From Octopus sinensis (Eukaryota): DNA of 64,000 nucleotides. The position numbers and the translations under genes were made by a program. The stretch covers positions 104,470,001 through 104,534,000 of the forward strand of contig NC_043003.1 in assembly GCF_006345805.1 (NCBI RefSeq), given 5' to 3'. The notes beneath the pieces are model-generated. The model did not search any database. It worked only from the letters and a program-made list of their open reading frames with translations, and was not told the origin of the DNA. Positions 39,773-51,820 of this stretch are shown here, piece by piece (the stretch's first letter is position 1; each line of letters starts with the position of its first letter).

Positions 39773-40378
39773 GAAATAAGATTAAGATTAATGTAAAAAA
39801 TAAATAACGCTGAAGCAAATTAACACCAAATATATAGTGCGTGTGTTTTTATTGGCTAAACTGGCAAAATGACCATTCCGAAATACAACAACATCTGATT
39901 CAACACACGATTTCACATCAAGAATCTTGCAAAACAAATATATAAACGTAATATTTCGTTTTGGGATTTGGTTTGCAAGATTCTTTATACGAGTTCGTGT
40001 GTTGAAGCATATTCTCTTGTGTCTGGGGAGAATCATTTTCTTTTTGTGCCTTATTATTTAACTATTGAAAAGGTTGTAAGCCGCAAGGAAAATTTTAGGA
40101 CAATAAAAATAAGAAAAAAATGGAAATTTTACCGGTGAGTGTTAAATAATAAGGCCCAAAAATAACATGACTCTCCCCAGGCACAACAGAATAAACGTAA
40201 TATATTATTACCGTTATTATTTGAATACCTACTATACTACCTAATATACGAGTAGCTTTTTTCTAAGGGATGTTTATACTCTCACATACACATAGATATA
40301 TTTATTTATGGCGGGGCAAAATGAACTTCCTACATTTTACAGGTTGACAAACTTTCAACAGCAAATAGATAGTGTATA

Positions 40379-40503
40379 CAGTGTCCACAAAGTCTGGGTA
40401 CATGGGGTAAATAAAATCATAACATAAACAATTAAATATAAGAAATAATAATTTCTTAAAGTATGTGTTAATTCCCATGTACCCAGACTTTGTGGACACC
40501 CTG
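40379..40503. mobile_element. Tc1/mariner-type MITE
   Basis: TIRs GTGTCCACAAAGTCTGGGTACATGGG / CCCATGTACCCAGACTTTGTGGACAC, TA-flanked. Confidence 0.85.
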
Positions 40504-41232
40504 TATATCAGTATGAAGCATGAGGTAGCAGAAAAAAACCTGTATAACTTCACTAGTTCCACTTAAAGGCCATGTAAAAAAACAATAAGAGGTTTTCCTG
40601 CCGCACGTAAACATAGAAACAAGCTAACAGTCACCCAGTTTTCAAATGAATTATTATTTTCCATTAGTGACAAATACTAAGTTAGTTAATTACTGTTTTA
40701 GGTTATGCTTTGTTCACATAAAACACCACACCTAAGAATTCTTGAAACATTCGAATATTCCACAGGTGTTGTGTAAATAATTAATACCTTACTACTCAAC
40801 GAGGAACCTGTGATTACATATGCTAAATCTGACTTAATTACCAGTTTATATATTTTATAAATTTCAGAATTTTTGTAAACATTCGGGATTGTAGCGTATA
40901 GTTTGTAACGTTGGTCCTCCCGAGAGGTTTTTACGTGAAGACGAGGAAAGTAAATCGGAATAACATTTGGTACATTTTTGTTTAATATTATTTTTCCCCA
41001 GTTTTTTTTAAGTATGGTTTTAAGAATGTACTTTAAAAGTTCATGAGAGAAAAAGTACCAACGCAAATGTATTTGGGAGAGGTTTCCAAAAATTTGTTTA
41101 GAAAAGTAGAATCAACTTCCTCAAATGAAAGTGCTCGTATTCAAATAATTATAAATAAATTATATGCAATCAAAAATTATTAGATAATTAAAGATACGAC
41201 TCATGTTACAGTGAAAACGCTAAATATCTTAC

Positions 41233-41320
41233 CTTTAAAAAAAAAGTTACTAAAGTCATCCCATGTTTTTAAATGTATGAATACGAATTCTGAATAAAGT
41301 TTTTGAAGTTTTACACTTCC
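41233..41320 (-). other. Candidate non-coding first exon (5' UTR) of the NF-kB gene
   Basis: Minus-strand donor AAAG|gtaaga at 41232 in apparently non-repetitive sequence. The first coding exon has an acceptor upstream of its ATG, so a UTR exon is expected. The upper boundary is a guess. Confidence 0.5.
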
Positions 41321-41347
41321 TTTTATACTGCGTATAATTAGGGACGT

Positions 41348-41358
41348 GGGGAAATCCC
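41348..41358. promoter_or_regulatory. kB site GGGGAAATCCC
   Basis: Exact match to GGGRNWYYCC with an extra 5' G, just upstream of the candidate first exon; ETS-like CACTTCC at 41314-41320. Confidence 0.55.
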
Positions 41359-41919
41359 GGTGGCCAAATCGAGGTTACTTCACTTAGATGTTATAATAAT
41401 AAACCTGGAACAAAAATACTATAGAAACCAATGTATAAATATATAAAGCGGGGCAAAGATTGATTAAGTCATCTTTCTCACTTGACAGATTCTTTTTATC
41501 TGAAAAAGAAAAAGGAGCTGGGGTGGATTTGAACTCGGACACAGATGTAACCGAAATACCGCCGCTCTAACAACTCGGCCAATCGACTGCGTTATCGGTG
41601 CTCGGTTCACTTAACCTTGAATCTTTGTGGTTATCGTCACTGTCCACAATTTTGTTCCAATTATTTTCAAATTTGGTGTGTGGATTAAGTTTTGTATACT
41701 AATTATGAAAATGAAGTTAAATTTTCCTATAAATTCATCATTAAAAAGTTATTAGCCTTTAAAATTTGGGTATTTTAGCCAATCAGAAGCGAGTATTTTA
41801 TACATCACCGTGAAGTTTTGTTAGCATATTAAACGAAAGAGCACCGTGTTTTCCATAGCTGATTACGAAGAACGGTTTCTATAGTAACCAAAACTGCTGC
41901 ATGCGCACAAGGAGTGCAA

Positions 41920-42097
41920 GGTACTACTTGAGAACAGTGGTCCCGGTCGATCCTTACTTTGTGTAAAAAAATTATTTATTTTGTGTTTTATTTACTTTGC
42001 TAGGTTGTCGTTGTAGGATCGACTAGTCACGACTAGCTAGCGCGGATACGCGACTACACGAGTGCGCGCACCGAGACCACTGTTCTCAAGTAATACC
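41920..42097. mobile_element. MITE copy A (GGTACTACTTGAGAACAGTGGTCCCG TIRs)
   Basis: ~26-bp TIRs; body is the reverse complement of copy B. Confidence 0.8.
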
Positions 42098-42278
42098 GAG
42101 TACCTGGGCATTTTTAAAGCGTGGAAAGAAACGTCGGTGTGGGACACACCGTTCCATGGGTGACTCTTATCTTTGTGAATGTATGTGGAGAAGGAGATAC
42201 GAGAAAGAATTTATTTTATAAACTCCTAGAGTGTATTGCAAACGTTCGTTCTTGAATTTTTTAACTAATAAATGTCTG

Positions 42279-42478
42279 GGTACTACTTGAGAACAGTGGT
42301 CCCGGTGCGCGCAGTCGCGCATCCGCGCGAGCTAGTCGATCCTACAACGACTACCTAGCAAAGTAAATAAAACACAAAATAAATAATTTTTTTACACAAA
42401 GTAAGGATAGACTAGTCGTTAGTAGCTGGCACGAGTACGCGAGAGCGCGCATCGGGACCACTTTTCTCAAGTAGTACC
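42279..42478. mobile_element. MITE copy B, inverted relative to copy A
   Basis: Same TIRs and body. Confidence 0.8.
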
Positions 42479-42499
42479 ATGCCGTGTCTGTACGTCGGG

Positions 42500-42960
42500 A
42501 TGAGACAAAAAGTGTGTGCGTGCCGAAAAGGTTGCATGTGTGGGCTTCCATATATTCATCCATTTAGTTTCTGAGCAGGTCGCTGTCGAAATGCTGCATT
42601 TATGGACTCCCGTGGTCAGCGAATTTTTTGTGCGTCGTTGTGCATTCGGCAACAGGTGGAATGTGAGTTGTGGTTTGACGAAAGTGGAGTGCATTTGTGG
42701 CACTTGAGTAGTTATCAGAAGCAGACTGTGGAATCTCGGCGAGGGAATGCCGGATCTGATCGTCAGTAGACCGCACGTAGTTAGTTTGAGACTGCACATC
42801 AAGTTGATAAGGGTCCATATTGGTGCTGACGAAGGCTCTCGTTTTACTTTTTGTCTGGTATGACAACTGTTGGAGCGAAGCAAAGGCTGTATTTCTTTAG
42901 GTCTGATCACCAAATGTATGTGACGACGTAATGGAACATGTAGTATGAGAAAGAAAGTAA
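42500..42960 (-). mobile_element. Possible very decayed Gypsy integrase remnant
   Basis: RNTAFASLQQLSY..KSKTRAFVST resembles the integrase zinc-binding helix; weak. Confidence 0.3.
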
Positions 42961-43789
42961 TTCTTTTTGGCGTCGGAGTCAGCAAAATGTAGCGGCTAAT
43001 TTAGCACCAGAAAGCAGTGATTCCTTTTAGTTGGGGCAGCGAGTTCTTTTTAAGTCAGGGTTGTAGGGATATAGCTTGACCCTGCCTGAGATTTGAGACC
43101 AAATCTACCCGCTTGTTGCTTGTCAAAATAAGCGGGAAATCCTCTCCACACTAGACGATTGATGAGGAAACACTCGATGCCCTAGGACTGTGCTAGTCAA
43201 AGAAAGGTCAGTTTAGGGTTTGACCTACATTACTGACCAGTTTATAAAACAGAATTTCCTATCTTTTCCTCTTTTGTGTCAGCCAGACCAACGAGCAAGA
43301 AAGACGATGCCACCTTTATACTTTCTTCCTTTCTAGTCAGCACCGTGCATTCCTCACTCTTTCACTCTCTACTGACAGACAGCCTTTTTCTACACTATCA
43401 CTGGAATTACTATTATCTCCAACTATATGTCGGGCAAACGAATAAATATATGTAAATGATATTTCAGCAAGATTTCCTTTTGTACCCCCAACCCCCTTTA
43501 TTTTTCTTTTTTTTACCCACCATTTATTGTTTTTGGGTACGGAGATTACGAATCTGAAAAAGAAATTGACAAAAATCGGCATTTCAAAATTTCAATCCAC
43601 CCCCACCCACCCAATATCTTCATTTTGACTTTTTTCAGAAATTTCTTTTCTCAAAATATGTAGAAAAACACAGAGATTATGATTCTGAAAAGATATTCCA
43701 AAAATGTTTGTAAAATTTCAATTTAAAACAAAAGATCCCCCTTTCCCTCCCTTCCCAGTCTACGGCATAAACACGAAGTTTTGAAACCG

Positions 43790-46700
43790 TTTTCGCCATT
43801 GCAACTCGACTGGATCGTCGGTCCAGCGTCCCACGACGGAGGCGCTGTTGGAAGGCATGGGCTTGCTTCTCCAGGTGACGAGCCGCAAGTCCACTGACTT
43901 TTCCCGGTTGATTTTCGCTCCTGTTACCGCTTCGTAGTTTTCAGTATCTCGCCGACCAGCTCAATGTGCTCCTGGCTAGACACTAGACGGTGACGCTCGT
44001 CCCGCATCCCACTTCTCGCAGGATGCCCCTCAGCATCGCCAGCTTCCGCAGTAGTGGCTCGAGAGTCAATATGTACAGAAGCGATGCCACTTTTAATCGC
44101 CTCTTCTAGCTTCTTAACTGGATCGCCCTCTACTCTGTTTCTATCTATAGCTAGTGCTTTGCTATATCTAATCGATTCTGCTTTTATTGCTCTCTTGGGG
44201 GAAAACCACCATTGTTGTTGATTATGGCTCCCATCAAAGCCCTAGCGTGCTAATTCGATCTCTGAAAACCTGTCTTGACAGGAAAGAGCCGTTCAATTTC
44301 CAGTAACCGGGACCCTGCCTATGTGCCTTATCTAAGTTTAGCGTACACGTCACAAGCTTGTGATCTGCTATCTCTATCTGCTGTTCTACACTGTATCCTA
44401 TCTAGATACGATCTCGACGACCCGATGCAGTTGCTCCATGTCCACGTTGGCGCATTTGGGTGGTCGAGTCGGTACCTGTCACACAGTTGAAAGTGTCTGA
44501 GCAGGTCTCTGAGGTATTTGCATTCCCGTCGATTTCTTTTTCTGCCCACGTAGTCTAGATGCGTGTCCAAGGTAGCATTTCAATCCTCCACTAAAAGTAA
44601 AGAACGAGACCTTCCTAGGAATACTTCTGGACGTCGAAAGAAATCCGGCCTCCTGATAGGATTCGAAAAGCTCATCCATTGCTGCCGTCGACATCCAGGA
44701 CGACCATTCTACTCTCCGGGTCTACGAATATTGTCTTTACTTTGAGATCCAGACTCTTGCGGAAAACTACCGCCGTGCCACTACCGCCCATTCTCGGCAG
44801 ACAGGGAGAAAAATAAATGTTAAACTATCCGAAAAACATGGACTTTAGGGCCTATGGATTATGGAGTCTGGTCTCACTTATGGCTATGATTTCTAATTTG
44901 TGTGATTTTATGTCATTGAAGAGGTACCTTGTTTCCAAGGGGACCCCAAGCCACGCGCATTCACACAATAAATCTTGATCATAATCCTAGTGAGTTAAAA
45001 CACAAATGGAAGTGTAAGAATTAGCACTTCCTTTTCTAAGCCTAGATTCGAAATCGAATCCAAGAATCATCGGTCGTCCAAACCAATGCAATTAATCCCT
45101 TTTTAATCATGAAACAGTTTATGTATTTATTTACATACACACACATCCACTACAGAAGGAACACAGAGTTACTTAATGCTCAAAAGTTTTTGCTTTCTCC
45201 TCCTTCGGTTTGTCGTCGAGGAGATCCCAATAAAGTTTTTCCGAAAGGTATTTCTGGCATTCACCAATCGCACCGGGGTGCATGCCTTTTAGTGTGTGAT
45301 GTAGGCTTGGTGAGACGTGTAGTATTTTGATGTGCTCCGGTAGTGTTGTGTGTAGATGGTTGTTTGTTTTTATGTCATCTTTTGTTAGCTTTGCTTCGAT
45401 TTGATGTATTCCATCAGCTCTGTGTTTTTAGTGTATATGGCTGTGAGCATGGTTGCTGTATATATTTTTGTGGTGTTGGTGTTGCTGTTGTTTGTGTTAG
45501 GTTTTGAAATGTCTTCGGGAGTTGTATATCTCCCTACTTTGTTCGCGTTTGCATTTGGTTTGGTTCTATTTTTTTTGGCTCCTTTTCTTCCTTCCTTTTC
45601 TGGCTATTTGCCATTCCTCACTGCTTTCGTATTCCGACGAAATTTCTGAGGAATCAGAAGCAGGTAGGGGCATGTTGTAAGCTTCGATGTATGTTTATGT
45701 AAGTGGTTGTGTTGTTGTTTTCGTTGATGTTGGTTGATGACTGTTTGTGTGTGGTGTATGTGATGTAGGGGAAGGGGAATCAGTTTTTGTATTGTATTTT
45801 GGTTTTTGTTTCTTTAGTTCTTGCTGTTGTTGTTGGTGTTTTTCCAGGTGCTGTTGTGTGTTCATTCGTTGGTGTTGGTGGGTTTCTTTTGTCGTACTCC
45901 CTTTGCTTGTCTTCTGTGTTGATGGCGGTGTGGGTAGTAAGGGTTCTTTTTTCCTTTCACTTTTTCCATGTTGTGATTGTTATTCTTGTTCTTGTTTTTA
46001 TTGTTTCTTCGCTGTTGGACAATCAGCTTTGAGGTGCTCTTCGCTGCCACACGAATAACAGCGAGGCCTCCTACCTTCTACCTATACGTGTAGGTCATGG
46101 CCGTCTAGCAGCTCAATTTGGTGTGGGAAGCTATTGATTGAGTCCTGATCTATTTGCATTACCAGCTGAATCGTTTTTCCCGACCAATTTTGCAATCTCC
46201 AGGATGTTTGTGTTCTCCTCCATGTTGTAACAAATGGCGGACAACAGCCATTGTGACTCTACTTCCGGGGGGACATTTTTGATTGAGATTTTGGTCACAC
46301 GTTGACCAAGGTACGTCGGAATCAAAATTAGTTTCTCAGACTGTAGGGTGAGTGTTGAGAGTTCTTTGGCTTTTTCTTCGCTGTTGAAGCGAACTTGTAT
46401 TGTCGCATATCTCTTCCACCAGTACACATATGCCCATATCGGACGCAAACATTTTTCTATCCGTTCTTGTGGTGCTTGCTCTGGTTTGCGTGTTTTCGCG
46501 TTAATGATTTTATACACGTTTGTTCTCTTTTGTGTGGTGTCTATCATATTTTGTGGGATGTTGAGGTGTAGATTCGAACCTTCTTGAGTTAAGAGGGACT
46601 TTGTTTTATTTGTTCTGTTGTGAAGTGTAGTTTGGTCTTTTTTGTTTTAAGGCTTCCTCAACATTTGATTTGTTTTTGTTGTTGTTGTCACTGGTGGTGT

Positions 46701-46930
46701 CGGTAGCAGAGGAGGTAGCAGTAGCAGCAGAAGTTGTTGTAGTAGTGGTGTTGGTGTTGACGGCAGAGTTGATGTCTTTGGTGGAGGTGATGGTGAATGG
46801 CCTTGCGGCATTAGTTTTGTTGTTGTTGTTGTTGCTGGTTTGTTTGTTTGTTGAGCGAAGCGGTCTTCGTCCCAGAGCTCGCAAGCTGTAGTGGGAGAAG
46901 TCCGAAACGTGGTCCTTTGCTATTCGTAAG
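43790..46930 (-). mobile_element. Tx1/L1-clade LINE remnant: ORF1 with CCHC knuckle, ORF2 endonuclease and RT pieces
   Basis: ORF1 46131-46547 plus EGRRPRCYSCGSEEHLKADCP (~46015-46078); ORF2 start MIKIYCVNARGL (~44982), DRYRLDHPNAPTWTW..SYLDRI; RT piece LLYILTLEPLLRKL...GAKINREKS. Confidence 0.85.
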
Positions 46931-47027
46931 ACCCACAGAAGAGAAAGCAGGTCAACCCCTGACACCGAGAGCATCGACGGATGGATGAATGCGCATCCAG
47001 GCTCAGCGGTTGCGTAGGAAGTCGGGG

Positions 47028-47226
47028 ACAAGAAACAGGAAGAAAGAGTGAGAGAAAGTTGGAGCGAAAGAGTACAACAGGGGTCGCCACCACCCCCTGC
47101 CGGAGCCTCGTGGAGCTTTAGGTGTTTTCACTCAATAAACACACACAACGCCCGGTCTGGGAATCGAAACCGCGATCCTCCGACCGCAAGTCCGCTGCCC
47201 TAACCATTGGGCCATTGCGCCTCCAC
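47028..47226 (-). mobile_element. tRNA-derived SINE head
   Basis: GGAGGCGCAATGGCCCAATGGTTAGGGCAGCGGAC...GCGGTTTCGATTCCCAGACC (A and B boxes); no complete acceptor stem. Confidence 0.75.
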
Positions 47227-50200
47227 GCTGTTGCTGGTGGTGGTGGTGATGGTGGTGACAGTGGCGTTCAAGCTGTCAGGGGTGTCCTATGGGACGACCT
47301 AGATGAGATGATGATTGATTGATTGTTATGGAATAATTTCCTGCTGAAGAACCTTCCAAGTGAGTAAAGGTGAATTATCAGTCACAAGTGTACTTATTTT
47401 GTTCTGACTTATGAACACCTTTTAAATACTACACCACCTCCCCACTTAAGTATTCCACCAAAGTCTCGAAAGACAATTTGTGAAGTTGTAATAGTTTGGG
47501 TGCAAGAATGGCTTTAAAGATTGGAAGTTGAGTTCCGTATAATCAGATTATCCGTCAACGGTTCTTCCATAATTTCTATTTTATCAGAATTCAAACCAAC
47601 AAACTATTCAGAGACAATGTATGAATGTTGGAAAGTTCTCAGATATTTTAAAATACAACCATTTGTTTATGTACTTTTAATTTCATTTTCATTTATAATT
47701 CAATGATGTTACAATTGAGGATAAATGAATTTCGAGTCCATTAGAAATAAATTTGGATTTTCAAATATAAAAAAAATAGTCTTAAACATAATTTCACTAA
47801 CGAATCTAGCAATGAAAATGTTTTTAAATGTTTTGTTAAAAAATGTAGTAAAATAGACTATTTATTTGTAGGGGAAATAATCGAATTTGAACCCAGAAAT
47901 CTGTGAAGAAGAATCTTTTACAAAAAACAAAAAAATTAAAAAAACAAAAACAATAACGGAATTCTCATGACGTATAAGATGTTTAATGGGAAACAGTAGA
48001 AGAGACTTTGTCGTGGACAATCAGCTGAGGCATTTTCGAAGAATATTGCGTTAAGTAATTGAGTTTTGGTAATGTATTTGTACAATTTTCATCGGAAGTC
48101 TGTGTAAATTCATGTATTTTGTATAATTATTTCTTAAATGTCTTGTATATTTCTAAAGTCTTGGAATAATTTTGAATTCAATGAGCCTTTTTTTTTTATT
48201 TGCATCTTTGATTTTTCATTTGTAACATATAAATACGTACATCTTCTAGAATATTGCTCTCTCCACTGTGATAGAACTTCATCCATCTCCCTGTTGGAAT
48301 TAGTCCATCTTGGAGAGGATGTTGCCCACCAAGGGGCAGCAAGCGTGAATGGGGTAAAAAAAAAAACAGGGAAGCGATAAAGACGAACACTTGCGCAGAC
48401 CTAGAACCCCAAACCGTTTGTGCAAAGTAGCTTAGTCGCGTGAATGTGCGGAGAATCTGACATTGACCAAGCATTCGAATTTCCGGATGATTAGGTCGTC
48501 AAAGTATTGGAGGAATGACAGGAATCTGTAAGGGGAGGGGGACTAACTCTCAGAAAATACAATAGCTTAGAAATTGGCAAGTAATTCCTAAGTTTAAAAA
48601 AACCTTGGGAGCTCAATCACTTCGAGGTTTTTTAAAAGTTGTTCGAGGTTAGCCATTTTGTATCAAAAGATGGACTCGAAAGCTAGCTTCTTAAATCCTA
48701 TCTTTCGCTATGTCCTGTTATCTTGATCTGTGGCCTCGTGTTTAGTTACAAAGAAATTATTTTTAAAATCTGCCGGTCAAAGTGAAAAGATCCCAGAGCT
48801 GGATAACAAAACCGTTGCCTCATTTAGTGTCGACCCATAATTATGACCCCAGTATCGATCTCGAAATAGACACCGCCGGAAGTTGTTGAATTTCTTGGCA
48901 AGCAACAGCAGTAATTGTATTCACCTCAGTAGACGTCATTGATTGGTTGAAATTGCCGAAATACAAGAAATTAAACAAGAAATAGCTTACAAACTGCATA
49001 ATTTTCTCAAGAACGCCAAGAGAAAAAGATGTTTTATGTGACACATTCTACCAGTATACGAAGTTTAAAAGTGTTCAGTTACAAAGAAATTATTTTTAAA
49101 ATCTGCCGGTCAAAGTGAAAAGCTCCAATTTTATTTTTAATGGCAGCAGTCCTTGGAACCATCGTATTAAAACGTTTCTGTCTGTAGATATTTTATTTTT
49201 AGCTTGTTAATTTAGTTTTTCTTTGTTATTGTTTTGATATTTTATAGTCTTTAAGTGTTGTTTCAGAAACATTTTGCTTTGGTTTTTCTTCGAACCGGTA
49301 AACTCTTATTCACTAATATTAACTTCATTCACTTTTGTTTTCTGTGATACATACATGTTGGTCTATTTTGAGTAAAATAATAAACGAGGAACTACTTTGG
49401 CCAAGAGAAATTATTGAAATTAGTCATGGCTCATTTTTTGAAAACCGAAAGTTATCAAATTAGAGATTAGTGTGAGAATGAAATTGAATTGGAATCCAAC
49501 AGAGAAAAGAATATTGTTAAACATCTAAACCCCCCACCCCCGCGCCAGATATTTTATTAGCAACCGCAATTTCAATCGGGTCGAAGTTGCTGGAAAATTT
49601 TTTGGATCTATTCGGTTTGACCGGCAGTTTTTCAGGATTGTTTTCGGTCCTATTCGGAGAATGGGGGGATCTCCGAAATTTAAAGGATATGTACTTTTCT
49701 TTTTGTTGTTTTAGCCCGTTAGATATCTACTGACCCTTCGTAGGATCCCATCTCTTACAAACGCCTTTTAAAGCTATGTGCTTTCCATTTCGTTTGTCTA
49801 AGATGGAACTTAAGAACATACAGAATTGTTTCATCGCTATTACAACGCCATTCTGTTGTGTCTATTGTATCCAGCAATACTTACCTGATTAAATATACTT
49901 AATATACAATTACATAATTTATACTCTAATAATATTTGAAACGTTATTTCTTTCGAAAACAAAAATAGAAACGAAAGACAATTAATGTTTGTGCAGACAT
50001 TGCTTAATAAGTCGATGACGTTTTGTGAACATTTTCGACAAGTTTATCTCCGTGTGTGAAGTGCCTTCGTATGTTCTGGCAATAAAATATCTAAGATCTT
50101 GAGTAAGATGGAATTTCTTGATTTTTCTATATTTGTCTTCATTATATAACCTACAGCATACTAAAACAGAAGCGCTCACCTACTACGACTTTTGTTTCCT

Positions 50201-50789
50201 CGATAACTTCAAGAAAAATGAACTTCTGTGTTACTGAAATATTTTACCAGTATCTTTCAGATCGTATAGATTTCAGATTATGCACAAGACCGCATTATTT
50301 TCTTACAAATTTCAGAAAAATGGTTATTTTGCTTTAGTGAAATTTTCTACAAATGCTTTTTAGATGAAGATTACGTATCCGAATTTTGTGGGGGGGGGGG
50401 GGGGACTTACTGGGCTTAAATAATATTTCCTAAATTAAAAGTTTCATTTTCTCGGTATGGGATGTACGTCAGCATGTGTATGTGCGTACCCATCGATTAC
50501 CCACCCTTTTAAATTCCGATATACAATTTGAATAGTGTTAGCAGAAATTTTTATTAAAATATACTCAGCTTATCTGAAAGTTATAAGGAGGCAAAGTTGG
50601 CTCCTGTGAATTATCCGAAGCTCTATCCCCCAAAATTTGTTGCCGATATAATCGGAATGAACACCATAAAAAAAAAAAAAAAAAAAAAAAAGGATCTTGA
50701 AGAAAATTTCATTTAGAAATATCTTTTTCTGAAAGTTAGGTGTAAAAATAAATAAAATAAAATGTCTTGGAGATTTTGCATGTATCCCC

Positions 50790-51820
50790 TAAAACACGTG
50801 TAATTTACCCTGGAAATAAGTTCATCACCATCCAAAAAGTGCTTCCTTTTCAGAAAAGACTTGATGGTTAGAAAGAGGTATAAGTCAGATGGTGCATGGT
50901 CGGGAGAGTAAGGAGGATGAGGAAGGATTTTATAGCTGCAGGAGTTGTGCTTTAATCTGGGTAACATGAACTGGGGCATTGTCTTGGAGGAGGCAGACTT
51001 TGATCAGCATACCATGCTTCTCTGCTTTGATGGCACCCTGTAATTTGTGCAGCAGAGAACCGTTGTGGTGCCCTTTGCCAGAAAATCCATCATCACTACT
51101 CCTGCTGAGGGTTGAACACGATCCTTCTTTGGCAGTGGTATTATACTTCCTTTGCTTCAACTGGACTTTAGTTTCAGGATCATAGTGATGGACCCATGTC
51201 TCATCCTGTGTGATAAGTCTGCCGAAAATGTTTGTTTTTTTCTTTCACATTGTCAAAAAGCCCTGGGAACAATCGACACATTTCTGCTTCTGAAAAGGAG
51301 TGAGCATCTGGGGAATCCATGGTGCACACAACTTCTACATGTGCAAATGGTCATGAATGATTTTTTTCCACGGACCCTACACTTCACTTCATAGGCTAGT
51401 GGCTGAATAGTTATGTGCGAATCCTCCAAAATGGCAGCTTCCACTTTATGGATGGTGTCATCATCAATGGTGGAATGTGGTCATCCAGGAACAGAAGCAG
51501 TTTCCTTGATGTCCGACTACATTTGAACTGGCGATGCCAGTGCCTGACTACATCATATGATGGTTCATCGTCACCATAATTTTCATTTCATTGAAAATCT
51601 CTTCTGGTGCACAACCTTTCAAGTATAAGAACCTGATCACTGATCTGTGTTCGACTGCCTCCATTATAACACCTTAGTCCACTTCAGCAGCCGTAAAAGA
51701 CAAACGAATATTAGTGGAAAGCTGCAATCTACAATGTGACATGTAGAAACGTGTATGATTGTCTATGCAAGTTCCTGCAATAATCGGAATTGGCTCAGAG
51801 GAAATCTTTAATGAATACCC
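50790..51820 (-). mobile_element. Decayed mariner transposon
   Basis: VHHYDPETK, LLQDNAPVH, HPPYSPDHAPSDLYLF motifs with frameshifts. Confidence 0.85.

Noticed and set aside
47150-47226. Possible tRNA gene
   Set aside because: A and B boxes are present, but the acceptor stem is incomplete and the sequence continues as a SINE body.
49877-49887. ATACTTACCTG, identical to the 5' end of U1 snRNA
   Set aside because: The similarity stops after 11 nt; better read as a minus-strand 5' splice site.
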